Assembly: GCA_964035545.1 (NCBI GenBank)
Contig: OZ037767.1
Coordinates: 26,366,628-26,430,627 of the forward strand
Source of the DNA: Bugula neritina
Taxonomy: Eukaryota; Animalia; Bryozoa
DNA length: 64,000 nt
Reading direction: 5' to 3'
Position numbers and translations under genes: made by a program. The notes under the pieces are model-generated. The model did no database searches, had not been told where the DNA came from, and saw only the letters and a list, made by a program, of their open reading frames with translations. This document shows positions 50,886 to 63,914 of this stretch, in pieces (position 1 is the first letter of the stretch; each line of letters begins with the position of its first letter).

Positions 50886-52475
50886 TAACAATTTAGTAGG
50901 TAATATTGAAATTAGGAGGCTTAGTAAAACTTACCACCTTGATCTAAAGGATATTTTCAATTGTATTTATTGACATAATTTTATTTTGAATATATAATAA
51001 ATAGATATATTACAATTTATAACAAGAAATACTGTTTTGATCTTGTAATTTTGTGACCTCTAGAGATAGAGTTATCATCTCCTAAAAATAACAGTGCTTC
51101 ATATAGTTTGTGGTGGCAATATATAATAATATTATAATATTGTATGATATGGTAGCCACCCAAAATATGCAAAGATATCTGGTGCAATTAAATTTTGATA
51201 GCTGCACAGAAAAAACTATAACAAAATTATCCTCTTTCATACACTAACAATGTGACAAAAAGCCAAAAATACATAAAAGTGACATATTCATGCACCATAT
51301 TAGTATTGGAAAATGGTGAATGTCAGCTGCAACAAAATGAAGAAGTGAAGGCAAAATACCGTATTAAAGTTCTATATTGTGTCACATTTTGGTATAGGCT
51401 ATAGGTATATACAGTGCTCATATGCTCCTTACAAGATAACAGCTGTACAAATATCTCTCTTAAAGCCCTGAGAGCACAGGAATAATTTTGTAACGCTTAA
51501 ACTAAAGATCTGTTACATGAAAATTATAGTAACCTATAACTTTAAAACAAGTTTCAAAGATAATAGCAAGACTACAATACAATTTTTGTCATTATATAAT
51601 CACAATATATTTTAAATTGTCTTGTGTATGCACCACTGAGAACACAAAACTTCAACGAAACAAAATGAGTGAACAATTCCAAAAAGAAGGCATTGCAATT
51701 TGGGGATTGTGTAGAATTTGCAGCTTGTTGAACTAAAACAGTTGAGCCTCCAACACAAACTTTGATGTAATAAGAACCTAAAAGAACCTAAACTGAGCAA
51801 ACATTGTACAAAATTTTTAAATATTTTAAGCAATATTTAACTAAATACTATTTAAAATTAAAAAAAAAACTATTTATTGACCCACCATAGAAACTACGAT
51901 TCTTTAAAAATTAGTAAATAACTTTTCCAAATTATAAGAAATACTGTGTTGTATCAAACTCATTTTTTATAGTAAATAATATCACTTTATAACATAGTGT
52001 AATAACTTGGACAAGTTTGATAATAGGTTTTAATAATTGGTTTAAATTTTTTTATATTTTAAAATTAATAAATTGCTTCTAGCAAACCATGTGTAGTCCA
52101 TAAATCTTTAGTAGCTAATAATAAGCTGGTGTAAAATTTGATATACATGCACTATTAGTACACTACTAATTGTTCCTCATATACTTTATAATAAATATGG
52201 CTACTAATCAGCAAGCAATCATCACTGTAACGTCCACAAATAATTCATTATGATCATTCAATACACTAAAAAATTGTGAAACAAATAATAGAAAACATTA
52301 TATGTAAATCTACTTTATAAGGAAAAGTTGAAAAAATAAATTACAAGCATTTGGCTTAAAATGATATATACATGAACGACATGCATAACCATAGTTGTTA
52401 GGGGCTCATAAGTGACAGCCACAACTTAACCACACAGCAGAACATTAGATACAGCATTATATTGCATCTGCTGAT

Positions 52476-54140
52476 TTAGAGCTTCCCTCTAATTAAACCT
52501 TCTTGCATTACAGTAGCTACTAGTTCACCAGAGTCTGTCCAGATACGACCTTGACACAGTGATCTGCTGTTTGCCATGTTGTCACATACAGCTTCATATA
52601 GAACCCATTCATCAACCTGAAACAAAGTACAGATATATAGAATAATAAAATAATAGCAACAACAGTGGAACCACCAAAATACTTACGGCTTCACGTAAAC
52701 TTCCATTAAATTTTCATGTCACAAATATTAAAAATAAAAGTTTTAGAAAGATCACAAGTCTGCAGGTACATTATGAATCATCATAAGTGTATCGAGGGAG
52801 CTTCCTGCTCACAAAGTCAAACAAGCAGGTTTTGAAATAAAGTATACACCATTTCCATTAGTATTTTTCTCATTAAGTAATGTGTTTAGGGCAGAATCTA
52901 ATAACTCACTTCACTTTAGGCATGTAGTCATACTTAAAATTGCTTGCTTGCTCACTGTAAATTCAATCAACTTACTACAGTCACATTCTAATGTTTTTGG
53001 ACATCAACAGACATAGCAGTTCTCACCCTGAAAGGTCTGTGGAACCAGATGCTGTGATCTAAGGATACCATCATGCTTATGGGGGCTTTACTCTGGTGAG
53101 CTGTAGAAGAGTACAGCAGTGACCAGTCAGAGATATATGATGCTGCAGCTCGGTGCTCATTTTGATTGTCTCCTACAAAAACATGTATTGTCATACATGC
53201 TTAATAAATGTGCTTGCTTAGCTGAAGTTTTAATTTCAATTTTATATTCAGTATTCAAGCTTAAACTTCAGAACATATAAGCAATTACGGTCTCTAACTA
53301 CGATGTAAATTAGCGTATCTATAAACCTAATTCAATTCAATTTGTCATGGTTTTGACCTGACTTCACCAGGCACATAACGCTTTGGCTGGCAAAAGAAAA
53401 GTTAAAAGTTTATTATTTTCTGTTAGGCTGAATTAAAAGACTGTTATTTAATTTTTTTATGTCAGCAAATAAATTTATATTTCATCTTTACTACACTAAC
53501 CTATGGGATTTCGAACTTTAAACCATGATGTTATATTATTGGTGCTGTTGGACTTATTCCCCATGTATACTTCTATGTCAAGAGGTTTAATGTCAATTGG
53601 CATGTAGTTCATGAAGTTCCTAACTTTCTCAGCTTGATTTGAGTCTTTCTCAAAGCTAGATAGAAGCAAAGCAAGATATTCATGAAGACTTGATAACTGG
53701 CTATGATGTGCTACTTTAGGCATTGCAACCTGATAGTCAAAAATATTAGTTTTTTCCGCTGCTTCATTATGGAATGATGCTTGAAGAGTGAGTATAGGTT
53801 TTCCTTTCTGTATAGCAGATATTGATCTAGAACTGAAGCTACCACCATCTCTTGTACGAGACACTTTGTATATAACTGGAGAGTTGGGATCTCCGGGTCG
53901 TAGAAAATAGCTGTGAATACTATGCAAATTCAGATTGTCTGCAACTGTCCTACTTGCAGACATCAAAGCTTGGCCAATAATTTGTCCACCAAAGGTTCCA
54001 CGAGCCCTTTGAGCTTTCCAAAATTTATCTGCTATGTATAGATCAGTGTCTAACTCTTTTACACCTAGAACATCTGAAACAAGATCAAGCACTTTAATCT
54101 CTTCTTTTGTAGGCTCATCATCTAACATCTTTAATGCCAT
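52476..54140 (-). CDS. ACOT8: Acyl-CoA thioesterase 8 (TesB family), 308 aa
   Basis: Exons 53501-54140, 53027-53172 and 52476-52616. Motifs FGGQIIGQAL, HSIHSYFLRPGD, RTRDGGSFSSR, YISD, MVSLDHSIWFH and MQEGLIRGKL*. Confidence 0.95.
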
Positions 54141-55149
54141 TTCAAATTAACTTGGTTACCTAAAACAAAAGACTTTAAGATTTTATTCACACAAAGAGGC
54201 TGCAATAAATGCTAAAAACATTCTATAAAGCTCTCATTAAAAAGAACATCCTGTAATTTGATAAAAAGTGCTTCAAGTTTACATATAGTTGTAAGTTAAC
54301 TTGTGTGTGAAATTCAACACTGACAGAATAGAGGGAATTCAGTCATCTGTACATAAAGAAAAGCTTATTTTTAATCATCAAAACTGTCTATATAACAAAA
54401 TTATTGAAATAGTTTCAATTTTTAAGTCAACAGTAGAGCGAACACTTTGCTTATAATTGATTTAGTTTTGTGTGCAATTAAATCAATATTTATCATACTG
54501 AACCTAAATTTATTAAATTTTGGTACAGCTAGTTACATACTGTAACTTATGGTCGGACTACACAGCTAAAAGCCATGCTCTTATTTAAAACCTTTTCATC
54601 TTTGTGAAAAACATGGCAACAGCAAAAATGTTAAGTAGAACCAACCTAATGAATGTAATAATTTACATGCAAAAGAAGCACAAGTGCATTTGTAATAAGC
54701 AGAACAATAAATCGGTACTTTCATAATCCTTTACATGCAATTATTTATTCATTATTGCCACCAATCATCATTATACAGCTTGATATAAATAATAAAAGGT
54801 TATATTAGTTGCCACTCAATATAGTCAACTTGGCAACATGTTTCAGAAATTTAGAAATCTGTAAATTTAATAGTGTCAACAAGCTAAAAAATTAAAATAT
54901 TTTTAATATTCCAACAAAGAGGATAACTAAGCTATAACAACAGATACAAAGTTTTGCATGCTAAACTAATGGAAGTTCATTGATGAAAATATAAATTTCT
55001 TATTATATCATGAATTGTATAAAAAAAAATAATTTATCAGCTAAAATACTTCATTATATTTACGATAAAAAGGGAAATAAAATATAAAATCCGCAAGTTT
55101 CATAAAATATGATGTATACTGTATTTCAGAGAAATATTGGCTTTGGGCT

Positions 55150-56307
55150 TCAAAGTTTTCCTCTAAACAGAGCTTGCTGAGTAACAGTTGCTAGCAAGTG
55201 ACCGTCTTCTGACCAGAAGAGCCCATGAATCAAAGCACGGCCATTAGCCATGGTTGACAATTCCAAACAATATAATATCCAATCATCTACCTAAGTAAAA
55301 AGACATATATTACAACTGCAATTCAATATAAATCAACTGAGATGTCATTTAAAATAATTTATTATGAACAACTATGCATTAATGATGATTACTACCTTTG
55401 AATTCTTATGAAACCAAATAGAATGCTCCAAAGAGGTTTGAAGATCATATTTAGTTTCTGAACTAGCAGAGATCACACATTCTAGACTTCGTATGTCAGA
55501 AGCAAATCCAAGAGCACATCTGTGAAAATTTTGAATACTCCCTGTATAAAACAAAAATTTTGTGAGTGATTAGGTAAGACGGATAAAAATAGATATAGTG
55601 TAAAAAATTTGCCAGAATTGAATTTCAATGCACAAGCTTGAAAAATAATGCTTAACCAGTAAAACTTATGGTAGCCAAAATCGTTTACAAACTCATATGA
55701 CAAAAATTAATACATATTAATGCACTATTAACAGAATCATTTAAAACTTACCAATATTTCCCATGACTTTAATCCACATAGCCACTTTTCCATCGATGAG
55801 CTTTAGTTGAAAAGGAATCTCTTTTGCAAGACAGTTGTATATTACTTCATTATTGAAACAAATGGATTTTGTGAGTAAAATTTCCTCCAATGTCATTAGT
55901 TGACTGTGATGAGGAACAAGAGGCATTGGTGGTTGATAGCTCATCACACTTGGCCATTCTGCGGCTTCATTGTGAAAAGATATTTGAAAAAATGATACAG
56001 ATTTGCCATCTTGAACTGCTGTTACTATTCTGTGACATAAGGTTTTTCCATCTTTTTTGTAAGATACATGATACTCCATGGCTTCATTGGCTTTCCCCAG
56101 TTTTAGAAAATAACAATGAAGGCTGTGTACAATCATTTCTGGCTTGACTGTGCTAGATGCTGCCATAAGAGCTTGGCTAACTAAATGGCCACCGAAAGAT
56201 CCTTTTAAAAAATTATCAACTGTCCATGTCCAAGGAAATATAAACCTGTCATCAGATAATTGCTTCATTGCATGGAAATCTTCAATAAATCTCCGACCAG
56301 AAGCCAT
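55150..56307 (-). CDS. Divergent ACOT8-like paralog, 280 aa
   Basis: Exons 55752-56307, 55396-55541 and 55150-55290, with the same intron phases and the same exon 2 and 3 sizes as its neighbour. Motifs FGGHLVSQAL, HSLHCYF, ASD, TSLEHSIWFH and TQQALFRGKL*. Confidence 0.92.
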
Positions 56308-57685
56308 TTTAATCAGTAACTAATTCAAAATAAAAGTCCGTAATTAAAGATTGTTCAGGGCCACAAAGTAGATGCATAAAGCCTAAATTGCAATAAGGTT
56401 CATCTATGCTTTAAAGTACAAGATTTCAAAATAATCAATTCTGAAAACAGTAGCAGCAACATTTCTAACTCTTAGAAATTTAATGCTTGTTAAATTTGCA
56501 TTGCTTCAGTAAATCTAGGAACTTGATTAAAAAATAGAAGTCTAAGCAGGAACAGTCATCTTAAATATTAACTTGTATACAAACAGGGTTGTAATTTGGC
56601 TAGATTGGCATTATTTATGCACGAGATTTCTAAACTATTATGAACTTAGCAGAGCAGTGGTAAAACTGCCAAATAACATAGAACACTATTATACTACTAA
56701 AATATGTAGCTTCTATTTAAAAACATTGGTTTAAACCATGGTATAACAGTTTAAAGTTAATAAATAGATAACAACGAAATTTTATGGGCATAAAATATAC
56801 ATATGCTCACTAGGCACTAACGCATAAAGAGTTATTAGAGAGACAAAACGAATTAGTAGCAAAACCATCACCAGTGGTTATACACCTGTGCACAAATTTT
56901 GAGTAATTGATAGTTTGTATTAATATTGTCTTACTCTATTATTAAGTAAATGCCAATGACTTTCATATTAAAATATTTGACATTATTCACAAGTTTGCTC
57001 TTGCATTGATTTTGTTTTTTTTCACCATAAACTTTCCCTAACTATTTGATATTACAGTGTCTGCCAAAGTCTCTACTATCCTTTTCTTTTACTGCAATAC
57101 AAAGTGCTTTTGCTTAAAGCAAAGTTTAATTTATATTGTTGTAGTACTAAACTTTGTAGAAATTCTTTGGGTATAACACAAAAACAAATTCGAAATCCTG
57201 CCCAGCCAAATCGATTACATAATGCATTTTGTGCACATACGTGTTCAATCAATTTGATTTCATCAGATTGAGCAACCTGATTGTAATTTGGGAGTCTGAT
57301 GGAGAGTATAGTGGCAAAAACTATTGTCAACATGAACATGACATTCAGCAATTATAGCCAGCTAAAACGTTGTGACAAATATAACTCTACTCAATCGGTT
57401 TTGTGTGCTGGAGTCACTTACAGCTACAGTGTCAGTATGACTATCACTATGAGTATAGATTTGATTATTGTCTATAAATTATAATCTTAATCAATATAAT
57501 TTAAATTATGATGATTAAATTTAATATCATAACAATAACTTTTTTAAATAATTATATTATTATTTATAAAATAAATATTAATATAATTATAAAATTAGAT
57601 AATCATAAAAATAATACTAATAGAAATTGAACTTAAAGTTAATCATTAATGATTAATGCTATTTTATAGAATTAAATATCAATAT

Positions 57686-57870
57686 GAGTATTACTATTAC
57701 TATTACTAATAGTAATACTGTATTACTATTAGTATTACTATTAGTATTACTATTACTATTAGTAATACTATTAGTATTACTATTAGTATTACTATTAGTA
57801 TTAGTATTACTATTACTATTAGTATAAATATTAGTATAAATATTAGAATTACTATTGCTATTAGTATAAC
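57686..57870. repeat. (TATTAC/TATTAG)n low-complexity repeat
   Basis: Directly visible hexamer repeats. Confidence 0.9.
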
Positions 57871-58199
57871 TATAAGCATAAGTATTATATTTATTAATTA
57901 TTATAATTATTATTTATTATTTGTGATCATCATTATGATATTGATTAAATTTATTTTTAATAATACCTGACTCCTGAGGCTGATACTGTGATAGTCATAG
58001 TCATAGTCATAGTGATACCAACAATCATCACTTAGTTGGTGACTAGGCCCAAAGCTGTAAGTGTAAGTGTAAAAAGGTGTATTGACACTTGCATTATCAC
58101 TATGATTGTGTTTCGAGCAATTATAATTGTGCTCAAAATGAAAATGAAAATGAAAATGAAGTAGACATTAAAATAATAAACTTCTACAAACTTGAAGCG

Positions 58200-58275
58200 T
58201 TTATTTCAAAGGGTTAAAGTTCACGCTGATTTATTTCCGGAGGGTGGGGCGTAGACGCTCTGTGATTGGCAAGTG
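58200..58275 (-). promoter_or_regulatory. Putative promoter with GC-box and CCAAT box
   Basis: GGGTGGGGCGT (about 58243-58252) and GATTGGC (CCAAT on the - strand, about 58264-58270) in a CpG-retaining spot upstream of the ACOT8 pair. Confidence 0.45.
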
Positions 58276-59447
58276 ACTTTAAATTGTTCTATAAGCAGCT
58301 CCGAGTTGGGAGTGACTGATGCAGAGGTTTGGGGCTCTCAAGTTTGGAGTTAGGTCCCCCAACCCCAAACCTTGATAATCTGGGTAGACATGAATATTAT
58401 AGAGACTCATAGTAATAATAATACTACATTCAATTCAGTTGTGGGAATTATTTTAGCTGAATAAAAGTATTTCTCATAAAATATCAAACACAAAGTATAC
58501 ACATAATATAGGCATGAAAAATCAGCTCTCGAGTTTAGCAGAAAATAAATTAGAGGTATGTTCAACACATACTCAAAGAGTTCAGTGTTTTATATGCCTA
58601 ATCCTGCAAGTGCTTTAATTTGGGAATTGAGGCTAGTGTAGCTTAGTTTCTTCAATCTACAACCTGCTGCAAAGGAATACATCAACTAAAATATTATATA
58701 ATTAGCAAACATGGGGTCTCTTTACACATGCCCAGCTGCAGTATTTAGTTACTATACATAAAAGAGAGAGTAGTGGGTTTGCAACCTGCGTGATTATAAT
58801 TTGCATTCCATAGGCTTTTACTTACAAAAGCAGTAAGTAATTCACTTTCTAGAAACTGTCCCTCTACTTGTTTAACTTGATAAAACCCTGATGAAAATAA
58901 TCAAGATTTTAAAAAAAAATTAATTGGCCTACTTTCCATTTCACTGCTTATATGTGTTTTGGTAGGTATACTTTTTCTATACAGTAATATATTTGCTAGA
59001 TTAGCAATTGATGAATATATAACTTTAATATTTCATATCTCTACCTCAGATTCAGCTATAAAGTAAATGTTCGTAATTCGTAGCATTAGCAGAGTAGCGG
59101 CAGCTAACTAGATGTTATTGGCTAATGGCAAAGTAATCATCCTATGACCATCTAGAATACATGTCCGATTATACACTAGTTTGGCTGCAGGTCAGAAGAT
59201 GGGGAAGACTCAATAAGGAGCAGCAATTCTATTGATACTGCCAAGTTGGATGTTTACTAAATAAATATTTATTTTTCAGATAAAATAAATCAAAAATAAT
59301 ATAATCACTCAAAACTAACACAAATTCTATTGTTTTCAATATTTTAATCATATTTCGGCAATAGCAGAGGAACAACTCTAAAGTGACAACATAGCTCTTA
59401 CAACAAATAAATAAAAAATGACAATCAGATGATGATCTCTTGACTGT

Positions 59448-60404
59448 TTAACTGTCATCAGGTTGAACCTGATTAGAGCATTTATCAATTCTTAAAATTC
59501 TCTTTATTTTGCTGACATACTTTGGATGGAAATAAGCAAATAACATTACATTTGCTATGCCATATAAATTAACACAAAATGTAGCAAAAATATCTGCTAT
59601 GAACAAGAAAGTTGAAAAGTTCGTAAACTGCAGCGCCGTTAAAATGATGAGCAGAAAGTTTGATATTTGATGCATCACGTATATCCATATAATATATCTA
59701 CTTGCAGCCAACAATGTTTTATTGCTTTGTCCACTAATCGGCTTCTTTATCATAATTCTCAACTTTCTCCAGACTTTCACCAGAAGAATTGTGATCACCA
59801 GTGACTCGATACTAACTGGTATTGCTAGCAAAACATTTCCTATTATTAGAGATCTACCAGGAGCAGACATGACCTTCAGTTGTGACCAGCAAAGCTCTGG
59901 CAAGTACATTGCACAAGCAAGAGATGAATATATAAGTGTCAAAGCTATTGCGAATCCAAAACATATCTTTATCTTCCTGACAATGTAGTTTGTTTTGTAT
60001 TCGTGTGGTCTGCAAACAGCAATGTATCTTTCTATGCTTGTTATTAATAGCACAGAATACCTGGAAATTACAGCAAATCCAATCAAGGCTTGAGCTGTGC
60101 AAAACAGCATGTAGATGGCAATAGAGGAAAGTTTGAAAATGGCAATACGAAGTTCGCAGCTGAAATACAAAGAACTAATGACGCTGGTTGTGATGTCAGA
60201 AAGGGTTACATTTACTAAAATCCAAAAATACTTTGTAGTTTTCAGCTCTGCCATCTGACGCAGTACAAGTAGATGTAGGATATTCAAAATGAAAGAAACC
60301 GAGTTTATAGCATTATTAGTCCGGTTGAACGGCTGGTAACACGTCTCTGTATCATTCTGAACGCATGGTAAGACTTCAAAGTTAGTAGAGCCGTAGTTTC
60401 CCAT
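59448..60404 (-). CDS. Intronless atypical class A GPCR (orphan, chemoreceptor-like), copy 1, 318 aa
   Basis: Seven hydrophobic segments; N1.50 (ILN), NVTLSD (D2.50), SIERYIAVCRP (DRY variant); N-glycosylation sequons NDT and NRT; NPxxY degenerate (NVMLF). Confidence 0.9.
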   Translation of the reverse strand: MGNYGSTNFEVLPCVQNDTETCYQPFNRTNNAINSVSFILNILHLLVLRQMAELKTTKYFWILVNVTLSDITTSVISSLYFSCELRIAIFKLSSIAIYMLFCTAQALIGFAVISRYSVLLITSIERYIAVCRPHEYKTNYIVRKIKICFGFAIALTLIYSSLACAMYLPELCWSQLKVMSAPGRSLIIGNVLLAIPVSIESLVITILLVKVWRKLRIMIKKPISGQSNKTLLAASRYIIWIYVMHQISNFLLIILTALQFTNFSTFLFIADIFATFCVNLYGIANVMLFAYFHPKYVSKIKRILRIDKCSNQVQPDDS

Positions 60405-61859
60405 AGTTCTCTGTTATCTAGCCAAGAAATGTCAACTATATATGTTATATATCAGTTACTCTAAGGAGAGATAAGTTGACTAGTATAGACTGTCAACCAT
60501 AGAAGCAGTGTTAAATTGAAAAGTAGCAAAATTCTCATTTATAATATTTTGCTAATACAATAACTTTTACAAGTATAAATCTATAAACAAGGAATATATG
60601 GTTTATTTCAAGATACGTTATAATCGATAAACCTATTTAAGCTATTTCTAGTGAAATTAAATGAAAAAGAAATTTTTAATCAATTTTGCAATTAAACTGT
60701 AATAATGCAGTAATGTATTATATTATACATTCATTGCGAAAAAGCTATATAACATTTTAACCTCGGAAAGTTGACCTGCTGTTTTATTTTCTCAAAACTC
60801 CATGAAGCTAGAACAGTTCAGTGACATGCAGCTCATGCTGATGCTATGGTAATTGTTCACTTTCTTTATAATACACCCACACTGCTAGCTATGCTGCACA
60901 TTGAGTTTGGTTAAATGCAATACTAACTGCTGCCAATGGTGCAGCCAACATCCTAAAATCTAAAAGCAGCAACAAAGGAAGTAGAGCAGTTGCTCTAAAA
61001 CATATCTGCTTGAAGCTACTGCATCTGAACACATGTATATGGATAAGTATATGCATCAGCATACAGCTTTGAAAAAAGGTTATTGCATGCATAGCCCATA
61101 TGAAAAAGCAACAATACAGAAATTAACATCAATTCACATGAAAACAATTTGCTGTTTTCCAAAATCATTTAGGTAATATTTGCATTTGCAAAAGTTTAAA
61201 GGAAAATCAAGTCAATATTTTAGATCCCTCTTTCCTTATACTAGAAGTGCAATGAGTAAACATGAATATTATACAGAATCATAGTAGGTATAGTAATAAT
61301 ATAATATTGCACTAATGTCAATTGTTGTGAGAGTTCTTTCAGCTGAATAAAATATTTAGTATTTGATCATTTCTTCCAAAATATCAAACACAAAGTATAC
61401 ACATAATAATTTAAGCATGAAAAATCAGCTTTCTGGTTTAGAGGGAAATAAGTTAGAGGTGTGTTTAACACCTGCTCAAACGGATTAGTGTCTTATATGC
61501 ATTTTCGTTACAGACTTATCCTGCAAGAATTCTTCAATTTGAAAGCTGAGGCTAGTGTAGCCTAGTTTCCTCAATCTGCAACATTAAAGGGTTTATTGTT
61601 GTTGTGAGGAAATGCACAAAATATACTGAATGATTGTCAAACATGGAGTCTCTTCACACATGCCCAGCTGGTATTTAGTTAATATATATGAATGAAGAAT
61701 TGAAGTGGGTTTGTAACCTGCATGATGATGACATGCACTCCACTAAATGCACTACATAGCTTCTTCTGCTACATTTATAACTTTTTACCTTTACATCATC
61801 GTATGACACTAATATGCATAAATCCTACATGTGATGATATACACTGACCATTGCAATGT

Positions 61860-62130
61860 GGTGTCTATAATATGCTGTAGTGTGACACATATACTGTAGT
61901 GTGACACTTATATACTGTAGTATGACACCTATATGCTGTAGTGTGACACATATACTGTAGTGTGAGACCTATATACTGCAATGTGACACATATATGCTGT
62001 AGTGTGACACATATACTGTAGTGCGACACTTATATACTGCAATGTGACACCTATATGTTGTAGTGTGACACATATACTGTAGTGTGACACCTATATACTG
62101 TAGTGTGACACCTATATACTGTAGTGCGAT
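61860..62130. repeat. 19-21-bp minisatellite (ATATACTGTAGTGTGACAC[CT])
   Basis: About 13 copies. Confidence 0.93.
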
Positions 62131-62957
62131 ACTTAATGTATACATATAATGAAAGGTTGTGTATTGTATGATATTTGTATTCTTTAATGGAATATCAACC
62201 AGTATGCTGCTTGTACAATTTCAGAGTTGTGTGTCTAAAGAAATTAATTTTATATATATAATCCCAATTAGTAGATCTGCTCCATTATTATGTTGTCATT
62301 TCTATACAATACACAACTTATTATAGCATAGTATTGTAGCCTATATATTTAAATACCCACTTAAGTAACTATATAGATAACAGATTATAGCAGTTGTGTT
62401 GCTCTTCTCATTTAACTAAAAAAGGATCAGCTATATTTTGATTGCTAGAAGGTATTTTTAGTCACTAAACTTGTAGAAACTGATGTGTATATTTGCCGAA
62501 AGATGAGGTGGTGTGTTCGACTTTCCCAGTTTCAATTTTTTAGCTGCCAGATATTAGTGAATTCTTCCAGCAGTACTATAGCTTTAAAAATATGAAACTT
62601 ATCAATTATTCAATTCCTGTAACAAATTGTATTTGACTTTTCCACAGCTCAAAGATGACATGTGTCTTGGTAAGCGTTTGTGCTATATGTTCCCGCTATA
62701 AAATAAAAAGTAATATTATATTGTATTTCTATACTGCATTTCTCAGATTCCGATATTTAGGTATTTATTTATTATAGCTAACATCAAACACAAAGCTTAA
62801 AAACACAAACAAAACCAAGTAGAGATTAGCTGTGTTCATTAAATATATAATCATTATTCCAAAGCAAACAATGCCAGAGGGACAACTCTAAAGTGACAAC
62901 ACAGTTTTTATGACAAATAAATCAAGATAGCCAATCGGGTGATGGTTTCTTAACTGT

Positions 62958-63914
62958 TTAACTGGCATCAGGTTGGACCTGATTAGAGCATCTATCAATT
63001 CTTAAAATACTCTTTATTTTAGTGACATATTTTGGATGAAAATAAGCAAATAAAACTACATTGGCTATACCATAAAGGTTGACACTAAGTGTAGCAACAA
63101 TCTCTACTATGAATATGAAAGTTGAAAAGATTGAAAATTGGAGCACTACCAAAATTGCTAACAAAGAGTTCAATAGTTGATGCATCACGTATATCCATAT
63201 GATGTATTTACTTGCAGCCAACAATTTTTTATTGCGTTGTCTACCAATCGGATTCTTTATCATAATTCTTAACTTTCTCCAGACTTTCACCAGAAGAACC
63301 GTGATAACCACAGATGTGCTACAGATCGGTATCGCTAGCAAAACAGATGCTAGTATTGAAGATTTGCCGGAAACAGACATAACCTTTAGCTGTGACCAGC
63401 AAAGCTCTGGTAAGTGTGTTGCCCAAGTAGTAAATGAATATATAAATGTCAAAGCCATTGCGAATCCAAAACATATCTTTATCTTCCTGACAATGTAGTT
63501 TGTTTTGTAGTCGTGTGGTTTGCAAACAGCAACGTATCTTTCTATGCTTGCTATTAATAGCACAGAATACCTAGAAATCACTGCAAATCTCATCAAGATT
63601 TGAACAGCAAGAAATAGCGAGTATGTGGCAAAGGAGGAAAGTTTGAAAATGGCTACACGGAGTTCGTAGCTGAAATACAACATAGTAATGACACTGTTTA
63701 CGATATCAGATAGAGTTATATTTACTAGAATCCAGGAATACTTTGTCGCTTTCAACTCCACTATTTGACACAGTACAAGCAGATGTAGGATATTTAAAAT
63801 GAAAGAAACCGAGTTTATAGCATTGTTAGCCTGGTTGAACGGCTGGTAACATGTCTCTGTATCATTCTGAACGCATGGTAAGACTTCAAAGTTAGTAGAA
63901 ATGTAGTTTCCCAT
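62958..63914 (-). CDS. Intronless atypical class A GPCR, copy 2 (tandem paralog), 318 aa
   Basis: Colinear and gap-free with copy 1 (SIERYVAVCKP); the flanking non-coding DNA is also homologous. Confidence 0.9.
   Translation of the reverse strand: MGNYISTNFEVLPCVQNDTETCYQPFNQANNAINSVSFILNILHLLVLCQIVELKATKYSWILVNITLSDIVNSVITMLYFSYELRVAIFKLSSFATYSLFLAVQILMRFAVISRYSVLLIASIERYVAVCKPHDYKTNYIVRKIKICFGFAMALTFIYSFTTWATHLPELCWSQLKVMSVSGKSSILASVLLAIPICSTSVVITVLLVKVWRKLRIMIKNPIGRQRNKKLLAASKYIIWIYVMHQLLNSLLAILVVLQFSIFSTFIFIVEIVATLSVNLYGIANVVLFAYFHPKYVTKIKSILRIDRCSNQVQPDAS

Noticed and set aside
52661-52810. Pogo/Tc1-like terminus CAGTGGAACC
   Set aside because: No clear matching inverted end or TA target duplication.
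57076-57351. 91-aa ORF with hydrophobic N-terminus and Cys residues
   Set aside because: No family resemblance; its length is compatible with chance, and it probably lies in an ACOT8 5'UTR intron.
58325-58372. 10-bp inverted repeat AGGTTTGGGG...CCCCAAACCT near the duplication boundary
   Set aside because: Too short, with no TSD or other support for a function.
60387-60404. MGNxxS myristoylation-like N-terminus in both GPCRs
   Set aside because: The N-terminus carries glycosylation sequons and should be extracellular, so this is probably coincidental.
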